IMG/VR virus record: IMGVR_UViG_3300049893_001270
Coordinates: 1 to 61,891 of that record
Length of the DNA: 61,891 bases
Strand: one strand, 5' to 3'
Origin: a virus
Taxonomy: Duplodnaviria; Caudoviricetes
Part shown: piece by piece, positions 35,293 to 45,199 of the stretch
How the letters are laid out: every line of letters starts with the position of its first letter
Numbering within the stretch: position 1 is the first letter of the stretch
The notes under the pieces: model-generated
Databases searched by the model: none
Told to the model about the DNA's origin: nothing
What the model saw: only the letters and a program-made list of their open reading frames with translations
Program-made: the position numbers and the translations under genes

Positions 35293-36171
35293 ATGCAAGC
35301 ACGAAAAACGCCGACAAAATACACGAAGCTGGTCCCGACACACGGGGTGTCGCGCACTTCACCTGCACCGCAGAGTGAGAAAACTAAGCGCAAGGCGCGC
35401 GGCGAATGGGTCGTCTCGGAGATCCTACGAGAAAAAGTAGCCGAGCTGCCAGCGACGAAACGCGCGCTGAAAAACACAGTGAACGGTGTGTCTATCGCGC
35501 TCGAAGACTTCGAGCAGTTCTTCGGATCGCCAGAAAAAATCGCTGCGGAAATCACGCAATCACTAGTGACGCGCGTCATCTCGTCGGTGATCGACGAGAT
35601 GAACTTGTCCGATGGCTCTCAAGCCATTCACCATATGGCAGCGATGGTGGACAAGCTGTGCCAACCACCAGACGATAGTGAAGCGCCGTCAGGTGAAATC
35701 ACGTCTATGGACGCGTCACACATGCCGCTGCTGCTTCAGCATGTCGCGGTGTGCGTAGCACGCGAACTGCGGTCCCCGTCACCGCAGGCACTCGAAGCCG
35801 CAGAACGCGCGGTCAAAGAAATTTTCGCGTCCGGTGATCCTTGGGCACCGAGCTTCAAAAAGGTCGTACGGTCGTCGCTATGGAGCGCGTTCTCTGACGT
35901 GATGCGCTCCCACGCAAACCTGCTGATCGAAGAAGAACTCAGCCGCCTGATCGGATACGCGGTAAGGTGCCCCTATGACGTATCACGGTCGATCACTAGC
36001 CGAGTTGACACAGCTCTTGTCGCGGCTGGCGAACTGTCGCACACGAGAAGAAGCAGCGACAGTCGGAAGTCTGGAAATGGTGCAAGCTCGCCTGCAAACG
36101 GAAAGCGCCGAAAAGGCGCTTCGCTGCTGGCAGGCAAGCCGACTAACGCAAAGAAGAGACGAGTGAAATAA
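35293..36171 (+). CDS. hypothetical protein (plus-strand gene within the minus block)
   Basis: 292 aa with basic termini; divergent from the SLT-like gene. Confidence 0.6.
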   Translation: MQARKTPTKYTKLVPTHGVSRTSPAPQSEKTKRKARGEWVVSEILREKVAELPATKRALKNTVNGVSIALEDFEQFFGSPEKIAAEITQSLVTRVISSVIDEMNLSDGSQAIHHMAAMVDKLCQPPDDSEAPSGEITSMDASHMPLLLQHVAVCVARELRSPSPQALEAAERAVKEIFASGDPWAPSFKKVVRSSLWSAFSDVMRSHANLLIEEELSRLIGYAVRCPYDVSRSITSRVDTALVAAGELSHTRRSSDSRKSGNGASSPANGKRRKGASLLAGKPTNAKKRRVK

Positions 36172-36961
36172 TCGCCGCATCGTTGGGGCGCGTAACCCAA
36201 ACCGGCGATCCGTTCTTCTTTTCAAGCGCACGGCAGGTTTCGGTCAGCGGAATGCCGTCGATCGTCGCGCACCCGATCGCGCTCTGCCTGCCGCGCCAGA
36301 CCTGCTTGTCCTCTTCGACACGGTAGTCGAATCGGTCGTACCCCGCGTCGGCCAACGCCAGAAACGGCGCGGCCCCAGGATCACCAGGGCCGCGGCTGTT
36401 GGTGTTGTGGCAGTGGGCGAAGATGCCGACCATGTCCTGTCCGCCCTTACCGTGCTCGTCTGCACGAGGGATGCGCGAGAGGCACGGGCCGTTCGCCTCG
36501 GGTGCCCAAGCGATCTGTCGCTGGATTCCGAGCGCCATCGTGTAGAAGTCCACGACCGCAACCAACGCTGCGATCTGGTCGGCGTAGAGAACACCACCCG
36601 GACCCTGCACGAGCTCGATGCCCATGCTCAGGGAGTTCCACGCAGTAGCGTGCCAGGAGTAGTTCTTCACCACGTCGTTCTGAACGATGACATCGCCATC
36701 CAAGTCGATCGTCACGTCCCACGACACCTTACGCTCGGTACGTGTCTGATACCGCGCGAGCACTTCGGCCCGCGTAGAAGCGACCGACCCGGCCGCAACC
36801 TTACCCGTAGCCGTTCCGCTCGTCGTGTGGAGTACGATCGCGCGGATACGACGCGTGCGAGGCGTGCTGTCTGTGATCTGCGGGGCGATCTTCGCGTTGT
36901 CGAGATAACTGAGCGTCCGCGCTCCGGGGATCTCGACGCTGTGCCCGTTGAAGGGGATCAC
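36143..36961 (-). CDS. endolysin, N-acetylmuramoyl-L-alanine amidase (Amidase_2) with peptidoglycan-binding C-terminus
   Basis: IVLHTT, SWHA, N..S.GIE, AH, GPGDPG; C-terminal Q..IG....DGI....T..AL. Confidence 0.85.
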   Translation of the reverse strand: MIPFNGHSVEIPGARTLSYLDNAKIAPQITDSTPRTRRIRAIVLHTTSGTATGKVAAGSVASTRAEVLARYQTRTERKVSWDVTIDLDGDVIVQNDVVKNYSWHATAWNSLSMGIELVQGPGGVLYADQIAALVAVVDFYTMALGIQRQIAWAPEANGPCLSRIPRADEHGKGGQDMVGIFAHCHNTNSRGPGDPGAAPFLALADAGYDRFDYRVEEDKQVWRGRQSAIGCATIDGIPLTETCRALEKKNGSPVWVTRPNDAAIISLVSSLR

Positions 36962-37611
36962 GTACGCACCCTACCAACGATGTCGATGTTGTTGTTGGCG
37001 CACCACTGAATCGCAGCGCGCCCAGCGGGGGTCAGAATGAGTCCGTCGTTCTGCAACTGAGCGCCAAACGACGCGATGGCAGACTCGTGCGTAGGCCGGT
37101 ACGCGGCGTCCAGCGCGTACCCACCCTCGACCATGCGGGACACGTCGGCCATGCTGGGAAACCCGCCCGTCAGCGCGTAGTGCACTTCCATCTCGGCGCG
37201 AATCGCCCACAGTTCGAGACGCCATCGAGCTTCCTGGCTCGTCAGGTAGAGCCAAGCAAACGCGACGTGCTTGTCGATCTGCGCCAGCTCCTTGTCGCCA
37301 GAGTGGAACTGCTCTCCGTGCTGGCATTCGTGCGCCATGATGCGCACCCGCGTCAGCGGATCGGTCGGCAGCTTCTTGGGGCGTACCAGAAGCGGGCCGA
37401 ACATGGTCCAGTAGTTCTCCATCCACTCTTTCGCCGTGGGCAGCTTCGCCCCCAACGTGCGCGCGATCTCGAACCCAGTGCCGATCGCCTCCATCAACGG
37501 AACGTCGCTCTTGTTGACGATCATCACGTTGAACTGACGCGCCATATGCGCGTCGTACTCGGCCAGCATCTCGGGCGTAACGTCGTTGATGTTCATGTCA
37601 GTTGGCTCCAA
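36958..37611 (-). CDS. HEXXH zinc-metallopeptidase-like protein
   Basis: MAHECQH..Q, YL....RWRLE..A. Confidence 0.55.
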   Translation of the reverse strand: MEPTDMNINDVTPEMLAEYDAHMARQFNVMIVNKSDVPLMEAIGTGFEIARTLGAKLPTAKEWMENYWTMFGPLLVRPKKLPTDPLTRVRIMAHECQHGEQFHSGDKELAQIDKHVAFAWLYLTSQEARWRLELWAIRAEMEVHYALTGGFPSMADVSRMVEGGYALDAAYRPTHESAIASFGAQLQNDGLILTPAGRAAIQWCANNNIDIVGRVRT

Positions 37612-37858
37612 CGCAGGTCAGCAGAGGGGTACAGGCGTACGCAGGGCGTCCGTACGGGCTGGGGGCGAGGCAGCACGCCAGACCACGGTCTGTGCACCGA
37701 GTATCCAGCGGGGCCTTCCTACCCTCCGGGGTGCACACGAACGGGCGTCCCTCGGTCGTGCATCCCATCGACCCGGCGGGTGCGCAGTTGTCCGTGGGGG
37801 GAAGCCGCGGGCACCCCGCCAGAACAGCGACAAGAACAGCGAGCAGTGTTTTTTTCAC
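37598..37858 (-). CDS. Cys-rich lipoprotein (possible o-spanin or accessory lysis protein)
   Basis: MKKTLLAVLVAVLAG|C lipobox; eight further Cys. Confidence 0.7.
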   Translation of the reverse strand: MKKTLLAVLVAVLAGCPRLPPTDNCAPAGSMGCTTEGRPFVCTPEGRKAPLDTRCTDRGLACCLAPSPYGRPAYACTPLLTCVGAN

Positions 37859-38208
37859 GTCGATGGCTCCTGGGTCAGATCGTAGACTTTGAGCATGACA
37901 GGGTAGTCCTCGTCCGGCGAAGGAACCGTCATAATGGTGCCGTCGCTCAGCGTGACTCTGTACCTGCCCTTGTACTCGCCGGGGACAAAAGAGCTCGACT
38001 GCGCTTCGTACCCAATCGAGATGGTGCCCTCTGCTGCGTCAACGACCGTAACCGTGATCGCTGGGCTGTGAAGCCTGCCAGCGGGGTTCACAAGTTCAAG
38101 AGTCACGCTTGTGATGGTTGTGCCAGCGGGCGCGATGATCCGGTCGTCCCACGGTCGGGTATCACCGGGGCGAATGTGCATCGTAGGGTAGGTCGAGCAG
38201 CAGCTCAT
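37855..38208 (-). CDS. BppU-N/Ig-like virion accessory protein
   Basis: IRPGDTRP...DAAEG.I.....PGEY.G...VT.SDG...TVP. Confidence 0.55.
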   Translation of the reverse strand: MSCCSTYPTMHIRPGDTRPWDDRIIAPAGTTITSVTLELVNPAGRLHSPAITVTVVDAAEGTISIGYEAQSSSFVPGEYKGRYRVTLSDGTIMTVPSPDEDYPVMLKVYDLTQEPST

Positions 38209-38209
38209 T

Positions 38210-39571
38210 TTATCGTCTCCTGCGAGCCGCAAGTCTCACGGCCCCGCGGCTGATTCTGGGCACCGAGTTTCCGGTCGCGTCGATAATAACAACAGCGATG
38301 GGGGCGCGTACAGCAGGGGTAACTTCGCAAATAGCAGTGCTGCTGATGGCAGCGACGCCGCCGATTTCGCACGAAACAGACCCGGCGATACTTCCGGTGA
38401 TCTCTGCCTGACAAAAACTGCTACCCGCTGCGCTGCCCGCGATCTGAACGATCGCAACCATTGCCGCAGAGCACGTACTCGCCCCGCTCGCATTAGCGGT
38501 CGCGCGGCCGTAACCGTGCAGACCTGCAAGGGTAGTGGACTGTCCTTGCGCTGTCGCACTCGATCGGGCAGTACCGGCGACAGTACCCGTAACAGTCGAT
38601 GCGCCAGCCGCGTCTCCAGCAGCAATGGCAACGCCTCGCAGGCTTGCCGCGCATGTAGACGTAGCCGTGATCGATCCCGTGATAGGCGAAGTGCCGCCGC
38701 TCGCGATCAGCGTTCCGCTAACAGACGCGGACCCGTTTGCGGTAGCACTAATTGGTGCCAGCCCACGGATCGCAGCAGTGACAACCGCCGCCCCAGCGGC
38801 AGTACCGATCGCACGCCCGTACGCAACCAGAGTTGCGGAGGCGCTGCTGGTACCAGACGACGCGCCGACTGCCTGCGCGTCACCGGACACCGTGCCCGTG
38901 ACCGATGCAACGCCGGACGTGCTCGCGGCCAAACTGCCACGCCCAACTACTGTGGCGTTCGTGGTGGACGACGCCGTGATAGCCCCGGCCAGTGCGCCAC
39001 GCCCAATGATGGTCGCGCCAACACTGCTTGTACCAGCGGCGCTGCCAGACGCTTGAACGCGCGCGATGAGTTGCGCGCTGACCGTCGCTACGCCTGTAGA
39101 CGACCCAGCGAGCGCCCCGTCACCAACGAGTGTGGCCGACGTTGTTGCAACGGACGATACAGACGCGGCCATCGCGCCGCGCCCTGTTACCGTCGCACTA
39201 GCAGTGCTTGTCCCGGCAATACTTCCGTCGATACGGGAGATCGAAGACAGCGTTGCGCTCGTACTGGCAGACCCGGCCGTACTACCAGCGAGCGCACCGT
39301 CACCGGACAGACCAGCAGTTGGCGTAGCTACGCCATTGGTCGTCCCAGCTAGTGTGCCCTTGGCTGAAGCTGTCGCGCTAGCTGTAGACGACCCAGCGAT
39401 CGTTCCGCTGATCTGACTTGTGCTGCTGCCAGCGTCCCAAAAAGACGCGCCAAAAACAACGTACGCAGATTGGCCGCTCCCTGTAGCGTACGGCACAAGC
39501 TGATATGGCGGCACCAACAAGTTGGTGCCGCGCCTATCACTCGCTACCGGGTACCTAAACGGGAGCGCCAC
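38210..39571 (-). CDS. Ala/Ser/Thr/Gly-rich 20-aa-repeat fibre-like protein
   Basis: repeats such as AGSTAGSASTSATLSSISRI and AASVSSVATTSATLVGDGAL. Confidence 0.65.
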   Translation of the reverse strand: MALPFRYPVASDRRGTNLLVPPYQLVPYATGSGQSAYVVFGASFWDAGSSTSQISGTIAGSSTASATASAKGTLAGTTNGVATPTAGLSGDGALAGSTAGSASTSATLSSISRIDGSIAGTSTASATVTGRGAMAASVSSVATTSATLVGDGALAGSSTGVATVSAQLIARVQASGSAAGTSSVGATIIGRGALAGAITASSTTNATVVGRGSLAASTSGVASVTGTVSGDAQAVGASSGTSSASATLVAYGRAIGTAAGAAVVTAAIRGLAPISATANGSASVSGTLIASGGTSPITGSITATSTCAASLRGVAIAAGDAAGASTVTGTVAGTARSSATAQGQSTTLAGLHGYGRATANASGASTCSAAMVAIVQIAGSAAGSSFCQAEITGSIAGSVSCEIGGVAAISSTAICEVTPAVRAPIAVVIIDATGNSVPRISRGAVRLAARRRR

Positions 39572-39574
39572 GCA

Positions 39575-40390
39575 TTACCCCTGGGTGTAAACGAATGTCC
39601 CAAGAATATTGCCCGTGTTGGTCGCAGAGCACATGACCATCATCGCCAAGCACGACGAGTCGTAGATGCGCGGCAGCCCACTGGACACGAGATCCACAGC
39701 CCCGCCCACGTTGACGACAGCAATCGGAATTTCAGCGATGCGTCGAAGCAGCGTGATACCAATATCACCCGCTGTTCCAGAGCTGATCGAACACGTCAGC
39801 GATGCAACGGCGCGCACGCCCGTGTCACCAGAAGCAAGCGTGAAGGGGAACATTTGGCCGACGGACTCGGCGTTCGCAGGGTGGGTGTAGGTCGCGCTCT
39901 GTCCAGCCGTGCCGCCCTGGTTTGTGTAGCTCACCGTCCACGTTGCTCCAGTTGCGCCAGGAGCCGTGTAGACCTCACCCCAGAGCTCGACGCCCGCGCC
40001 GAGCGCGGCACCGTTCGCATCGCGCGATGCGATCGTGCCCGGAGTGGTGACGTTCTGCGCGGTCGTGACGACCGTGCCGAACCCAGAGCAGCACCAGATT
40101 CGGTCGTAGAGGATGAGCGTGCCGACGGTGGACCCTGCCGCAGCAAGTTTCGCCAAATAGCTGTTGCCAGACACCGGGTTGGTGAATGGCAACGCGCCCG
40201 CTGTAGCGTTCGTGGGCGAGTACCCGGACCCTGCTGTGTACGCGGGCGGGTTAGACCCGGCCGCAGGATACCCCGCCGCCTTCCAAAGCGAGTGCCACGT
40301 ACCGGCACCTTCGGAAGTCTGGCTGGCTTTGAAGAAGTTGGACGGCGGCTTCATCCCAGCGATGGCACCGTCCAAGGTCGTGATTGCCAT
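39575..40390 (-). CDS. putative virion/fibre structural protein
   Basis: beta-rich, Gly/Thr-rich; located in the structural operon. Confidence 0.6.
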   Translation of the reverse strand: MAITTLDGAIAGMKPPSNFFKASQTSEGAGTWHSLWKAAGYPAAGSNPPAYTAGSGYSPTNATAGALPFTNPVSGNSYLAKLAAAGSTVGTLILYDRIWCCSGFGTVVTTAQNVTTPGTIASRDANGAALGAGVELWGEVYTAPGATGATWTVSYTNQGGTAGQSATYTHPANAESVGQMFPFTLASGDTGVRAVASLTCSISSGTAGDIGITLLRRIAEIPIAVVNVGGAVDLVSSGLPRIYDSSCLAMMVMCSATNTGNILGTFVYTQG

Positions 40391-40410
40391 ACCCCCCTTC
40401 TAGCACGAAA

Positions 40411-40707
40411 TCACGACTCGATAATGTGCTCGTGCTCCACGATGGCGTGCCCATCGCGCAGCTTGAGATGCTGCGCACAGGGCGTCTGCGATCCGGCAGT
40501 AGCGGACGCCTGCACGCACATCGGGCAGCGCGAATCGTACACGTCGCGGCCATCCCAGGTCTTCACCCCGCCGGGGAGCTCTGTCGCTCCCTGCGGAGCG
40601 TCCACGCTGATCTGGAGATTCTCCGTGACGACCAGGAAACCTTCGCCACCGACCGTCGCGCCGTTCACTGTCTCGGGCGTGGATCGCATGATGCTCGTGA
40701 CCTTCAT
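40411..40707 (-). CDS. hypothetical protein
   Basis: GGAGG RBS; CPMC...C..H. Confidence 0.55.
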   Translation of the reverse strand: MKVTSIMRSTPETVNGATVGGEGFLVVTENLQISVDAPQGATELPGGVKTWDGRDVYDSRCPMCVQASATAGSQTPCAQHLKLRDGHAIVEHEHIIES

Positions 40708-40709
40708 GT

Positions 40710-41150
40710 TCAGTCCTCCGTGATGGTGATTGCGCTGGCCGCGAACTCAGGCGTGATACCAGCACTGACCGCCAGCGACGCAGTCAGCGCACCCTTGTAG
40801 AGAATCTTGCCCGCGCCGGACAAATCCATGCCCACGGCGAAGTGCGTGATGCTGTTGCTACCCGCAGTGCACGGGTCGAACGTGACTGCGGACGTGTTGC
40901 TCACAGAGTTGGTCGAAACGGTCCAACCGCCAGCACTACGCGCGACAGCTTTTCGTGCGTACCCCGTGTAGTTGGCCTCGTTCGTAGTCTGCGAACCTGC
41001 CTCGCCAGGGTCGCCCGTGTGCAGAGAGACGTACAGGCTCCCAGCCACAGACGATCCACGCAAACCAGTCGCGTCACCGATGCCAGCGATGTTGGTGTTG
41101 TTGAAGATCAACAACAGCAAGTCGTTCTCGAACGTATTGCCCTTGCTCAT
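40710..41150 (-). CDS. small phage fibre-associated structural protein
   Basis: ENDLL..IF, LYVSLHTGDPGEAG.Q...E..Y.GYAR pattern common in tail modules. Confidence 0.65.
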   Translation of the reverse strand: MSKGNTFENDLLLLIFNNTNIAGIGDATGLRGSSVAGSLYVSLHTGDPGEAGSQTTNEANYTGYARKAVARSAGGWTVSTNSVSNTSAVTFDPCTAGSNSITHFAVGMDLSGAGKILYKGALTASLAVSAGITPEFAASAITITED

Positions 41151-41153
41151 TGG

Positions 41154-41561
41154 TTACTCCGCGACCGTGAAAGTGAGAGTCGGCACGGACACGCGTGCGC
41201 CGACCGGAATATACGTGGACGATCCGGGGAATTCCATGTCAGCCCCGCTGCCAAGCGGGCCAACGGTCCCCTGGATGATCACCGTGGTGTTGTCCGACGC
41301 AACAACACGAAAAAAAGAGGCGACGCCGCTGTCATTCGCGCTCAAATCCGTCGAAATGGCGTTGGCAGTAGCCACCCCAGCCACCGCAGACGCGAACGCC
41401 GTCGCGCCAAGCACGCACTCAGCGAGGAGAGTCTGGGCGACCAGCGCATCGTTTGGCGTCGTGGGCACGGTACCGGCATAAATGCGCAAAAACGCGTTGT
41501 TGCAGAGCGCAGCAATCGCGTTCGCACCAGCGTTTCGTGCAGCCGTAGACGCCTTCGCCAC
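41154..41561 (-). CDS. small structural protein
   Basis: LRIY.GTVP.TP, A..SG.A.FFR, IQGTVG. Confidence 0.6.
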   Translation of the reverse strand: MAKASTAARNAGANAIAALCNNAFLRIYAGTVPTTPNDALVAQTLLAECVLGATAFASAVAGVATANAISTDLSANDSGVASFFRVVASDNTTVIIQGTVGPLGSGADMEFPGSSTYIPVGARVSVPTLTFTVAE

Positions 41562-41565
41562 CTGA

Positions 41566-41952
41566 CTACTCCGATTTGCGCCCGCGCTCGACGCTGGCTT
41601 CGACGGCGGTCTTCACCAGCTCGTCCACCTTGCTTCGATCGCCGCCCATGTGCGCGAGAAGCTCCTCATAGGCGGGGCGCGCCTGCGACTTGACCGCAGT
41701 GATCGCCTGATTGAGCACGAGCTGGGCGGTTTCCTTGTCCCAGGTACCCGGTTTCTGCGGGTCTTTGAGATCGCGCACGTTGTTTGCCGTCTCGGCAACC
41801 ACGTTGCTGGCGATCAGAGTGATCGTCTCGACCGCGTCGCGCACCTTGCCAGCCTTCAGTCGGCTGCGGATCAGCGGCACGACGAACATCGTGACGAGCA
41901 GCACGAGGATTTCGAGCAGCGAAGAGATGAGTTCGGCTGTTTTGTTGTTCAT
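41566..41952 (-). CDS. holin (LL-H-like) candidate
   Basis: single N-terminal TM; C-terminal AVEASV helix. Confidence 0.55.
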   Translation of the reverse strand: MNNKTAELISSLLEILVLLVTMFVVPLIRSRLKAGKVRDAVETITLIASNVVAETANNVRDLKDPQKPGTWDKETAQLVLNQAITAVKSQARPAYEELLAHMGGDRSKVDELVKTAVEASVERGRKSE

Positions 41953-42275
41953 CGTACGGACCTGTTTCGAACAGTCGCTTCGAGGTTGGTCAAACGCGTG
42001 TCCATCGACTCGCCGCGGGACCGATATTCTTGCTGCGAACCGTCAACTTTGACTTCCAGCACGCGCAAACGCTCGCGGGTGTCCTCTTGCTGATCCAGCT
42101 TTCGTGAAATGCTGTTGATCTGGTCAGCAAACTGCTTTCGCGTCTCGCGAAGCTCAGTCTCAATCGCCCCTTTCCACGTTGACGCGGTGATAATCGTGCC
42201 CGCGCCTGCGATCAGGTTGGTCGCGATCAGCCCAATCGCCCATGCGGGCATCTTGATTCCGTCGTCAGCGGCCAT
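41949..42275 (-). CDS. TM + coiled-coil protein (lysis/antiholin-like)
   Basis: N-terminal TM, heptads, RLTNLE. Confidence 0.5.
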   Translation of the reverse strand: MAADDGIKMPAWAIGLIATNLIAGAGTIITASTWKGAIETELRETRKQFADQINSISRKLDQQEDTRERLRVLEVKVDGSQQEYRSRGESMDTRLTNLEATVRNRSVR

Positions 42276-42302
42276 TTTCGCCCTACCAGTGTAGCAGGTT
42301 CT

Positions 42303-42695
42303 CTAAAAGGTCGCAGCAGGACTGAAAAAAACAGCCAAAACAGGCGTCAGCGGTGTTTTCGAGAGCGTTCCCACCGTAATCCACACGTCGAACACGTACC
42401 GACCGGGCGGGATGTTCGCCGTGGCGCTGGCCGAGATGGCAAAATCAACGACGTTGGGGCCATCCGACGGCTGCAACGTGCCGGTCACGCTCAACCGAGT
42501 GAAGTTCGCCGCAGTGTTGTCGCGCACGGTGAGCACAACGGTGTGCCCAGCCAGTGCGACAGGCACCCCGTTGGGGTAGTGCGCGATCACCCGCACTGTT
42601 TCCGTCTGTCCGATGCGCAGGGCGAGCGGAGACGGCCACGCGATACGATCGCTGGAGCTCGGGGCGTTGCCGAACGTTCCGTAAATCTTCTGCAT
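42303..42695 (-). CDS. BppU-N/Ig-like virion accessory protein
   Basis: GAGG RBS; PV.L.G....LTVR, F.I....TA.I.PGRYVFDVW. Confidence 0.55.
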   Translation of the reverse strand: MQKIYGTFGNAPSSSDRIAWPSPLALRIGQTETVRVIAHYPNGVPVALAGHTVVLTVRDNTAANFTRLSVTGTLQPSDGPNVVDFAISASATANIPPGRYVFDVWITVGTLSKTPLTPVLAVFFSPAATF

Positions 42696-42702
42696 GGCTA
42701 CC

Positions 42703-44001
42703 TCAGAGCACCGGCTCGATCTCGGAGGAAAACCCTGTTTGGGCTGCGTTGGGCTCGTTGTCCCCGGCAATCGCGATTGCGTGCACGATCACAAGGTAGT
42801 CTCGCAGCCTCCACGGGGCCGTCCCGATGATGTTCTGGGTGTTACGCATGGACGGGTACTCCGTTCCGCTCGTCTCCCAGATCGTTGCGAAGTAGTCGGT
42901 GAACGTGTCCAGCGCGACAGGGGAAGCAAACGTACCCGTGTACCACCCTGTAGTGGTCACGTTCACGTCCACGTTGGCCTGAGACACGCCGCCAGCCCAC
43001 AAACGGCACTTCACGGTGCGGGCCTGGTTGCCGCTCCAGTAGAAACGGACGCCAGAGCAGCTCTTCCCGGTGGTCATCGGGCGGAACTTGATACCAAACG
43101 TCCAGTTACCAGCGGTCATGCCAGCATCAGTGTTGAAAAGCTGCTTGATGAAGTCGGCCCAGGACGCCGGAGCCGAGTCAGACGCAGCAGTCGCAACGGG
43201 GCCGACCATGATATCGACCGTGGTCCCGCTGACCACACGCATCACGGTGCCGATGGGGCGCACAATGGTGCCCGGTGTATCGGCCATCTGCCCGTCGGTA
43301 TCGCTCGCATACACGATGTCGCCCACCGCAGGCGACCCTGTGACGGTCACGTTCGGCACGTACCCAGCGACCGCCACGTAAACCATCGTGTTCGTAGCGG
43401 ACGGGGTGGTGCCTTTCACCGAGTTGAGGAGCACACCAACGGTCTGATCGACAGAAGCGGTGGCGTCGCCAAGGTCAACCAGCCCGATATTCGGCACGTA
43501 CTCTTCGCCGGGGAGGCTGTTTTTGATCTTGGTGGCCGAAACAAACCTCACAAGATCGCCGTAGGCGAACGTCGAGGACGCTGCGGTGTACCCCACCACG
43601 CGGATCTGCTTCTTGCCCGCGTCGATATCCTTCAGCGCGGCGGTGATTTCGGGTGCCCACCCGTCAGTACCGGCTTCATCGGCCTCGCTGGGGGCTGGAA
43701 ATCGCAGGTCGCTCTTGAATGCGCGGATGCCGAGCACGACAGAGTCGATTTTCTGGGTGGTCAGGTCTTTGTTGACCGTGAGCCGCACCAGATAGGTGCC
43801 CTCTTTTTTCGGCGTGAGGGTGCACGACGAAGAAGTAGGCGACCCCAGCGCGTCTGCCGCACCGTCAGGCTGCTCCAACAGCTCCCACAGATACGTGATT
43901 TCCCCGCCGGTACCGACGTTACTCAGCGTAGCGAGGGTGTCGATCGGCATATCTGTGTCGCTGCCGGTCTGACCATTGATCTGAATAAGCGCCTGTACCA
44001 T
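42703..44001 (-). CDS. tail fibre/receptor-binding protein with PKD-like N-terminus and DUF4082-like C-terminus
   Basis: TYLWELLEQP.G...GTYLVRLTV; C-terminal GIKF......GVRFY...LW...GW....F.SPV. Confidence 0.65.
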   Translation of the reverse strand: MVQALIQINGQTGSDTDMPIDTLATLSNVGTGGEITYLWELLEQPDGAADALGSPTSSSCTLTPKKEGTYLVRLTVNKDLTTQKIDSVVLGIRAFKSDLRFPAPSEADEAGTDGWAPEITAALKDIDAGKKQIRVVGYTAASSTFAYGDLVRFVSATKIKNSLPGEEYVPNIGLVDLGDATASVDQTVGVLLNSVKGTTPSATNTMVYVAVAGYVPNVTVTGSPAVGDIVYASDTDGQMADTPGTIVRPIGTVMRVVSGTTVDIMVGPVATAASDSAPASWADFIKQLFNTDAGMTAGNWTFGIKFRPMTTGKSCSGVRFYWSGNQARTVKCRLWAGGVSQANVDVNVTTTGWYTGTFASPVALDTFTDYFATIWETSGTEYPSMRNTQNIIGTAPWRLRDYLVIVHAIAIAGDNEPNAAQTGFSSEIEPVL

Positions 44002-44011
44002 CGGGTTACCC

Positions 44012-45199
44012 TCACATCACACGAAGCGCGCCGATGATTCGGAGCGTACGGTTCGAAGCCGCGGTGTGTCGCGTAGTCACACCGGCAGCTTGATTGATGG
44101 GCGCGACGGAGATCCGCACGTACGGCTGCCCAACCGCTGCGCTGAGTGCAGGCAGCGCGGCAGCGCCGTTCACAATCGCCTGTTCGGCACCCGTAAGGTT
44201 GCCGAAAATCACGTACGTCTTCGCCAGATCCAGCGTAGCGGCAGGATCAACGACGCCGCCGAACGCTGTAGCGGAGTCAACCGAGGCTGCGAACGCGACA
44301 TCGGCCGATGTCAGCAGCGCGGGGGTCATAATCCACACGTCCACGAAGGCAGCGGCACCATTGTTCCACCCAACGCCGCACACTTGGAGCCCCTCTGCGC
44401 CCATCACGCTGAACGAAGTGGGGGCACCCGGCGATCCAACCGTACCGAGCACCTCCGTAACCACCCCAAACGGGATGATTCCGTCGAACCCGGCAATGGT
44501 GCGAACGTCTTGGATCTCAGTGTTGTTGATGGCAACAACAGCAGGGCCAACGTAGATGACGGCGATCGGTACGTATCCAGGCGTAGCGGACGGCACAACC
44601 GCCGCACCAACGCCAGCAGCCACGCCCGTCTTGATGCCAATGGCCGTTGTAGAGGGAGCGGGGTCCACGACGGTGCCCGTCTGCCCCGACATATCCCAAC
44701 TCAGCGTCTTGTTGACGAGGGTGGCGGCAAACTCACCCGTACCCGTGTCCAGTACGTCGCGCGACGCAGAATCCGTCACGTCGCGGACGTACTTGACCTC
44801 GATCAGATCGTACCGTTCCTGCCCAGGACCGGGGGCGGCGGCGAGCGTGACAGTCTCGTCCGCGCTGAGATAGACCGGCTTGTACCGTTCAAGGTCGTCA
44901 AGCCCGCTGATCGTGCTGATCGAGGATGGCACAGACGTGCCGTCATCCATGAACCCGAAACCGGATTTGATGACCACGTCCATCGAAGCGGGCGACGCTT
45001 CAACGACTCGAAACGAGTTGCGCAAAAACCCGTTCACGATGTTCGGGGAGATGTCCGCGCCAGACGTTCGCTGGCTGAACAGGTACCGAAACATGAAACG
45101 CAGGGTTTCACGCTGCCGCGATTGCAGCGCATTGATGTCGCCAGAGAGCGGGCGCTCTCGTGCGTTGATAATCGTGGCGTCGAATCGCTCAGTCATCAC
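44012..45199 (-). CDS. tail/baseplate structural protein
   Basis: L.AAP...R.DLIEV...PS..PGYV.IA.I.V pattern; follows the baseplate genes. Confidence 0.6.
   Translation of the reverse strand: MMTERFDATIINARERPLSGDINALQSRQRETLRFMFRYLFSQRTSGADISPNIVNGFLRNSFRVVEASPASMDVVIKSGFGFMDDGTSVPSSISTISGLDDLERYKPVYLSADETVTLAAAPGPGQERYDLIEVKYVRDVTDSASRDVLDTGTGEFAATLVNKTLSWDMSGQTGTVVDPAPSTTAIGIKTGVAAGVGAAVVPSATPGYVPIAVIYVGPAVVAINNTEIQDVRTIAGFDGIIPFGVVTEVLGTVGSPGAPTSFSVMGAEGLQVCGVGWNNGAAAFVDVWIMTPALLTSADVAFAASVDSATAFGGVVDPAATLDLAKTYVIFGNLTGAEQAIVNGAAALPALSAAVGQPYVRISVAPINQAAGVTTRHTAASNRTLRIIGALRVM

Noticed and set aside
42288-42296. Extended -10-like TGCTACACT on the minus strand (similar TGCTACACA near 59866-59874)
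   Set aside because: Too short and too few copies to establish a late-promoter consensus by eye.
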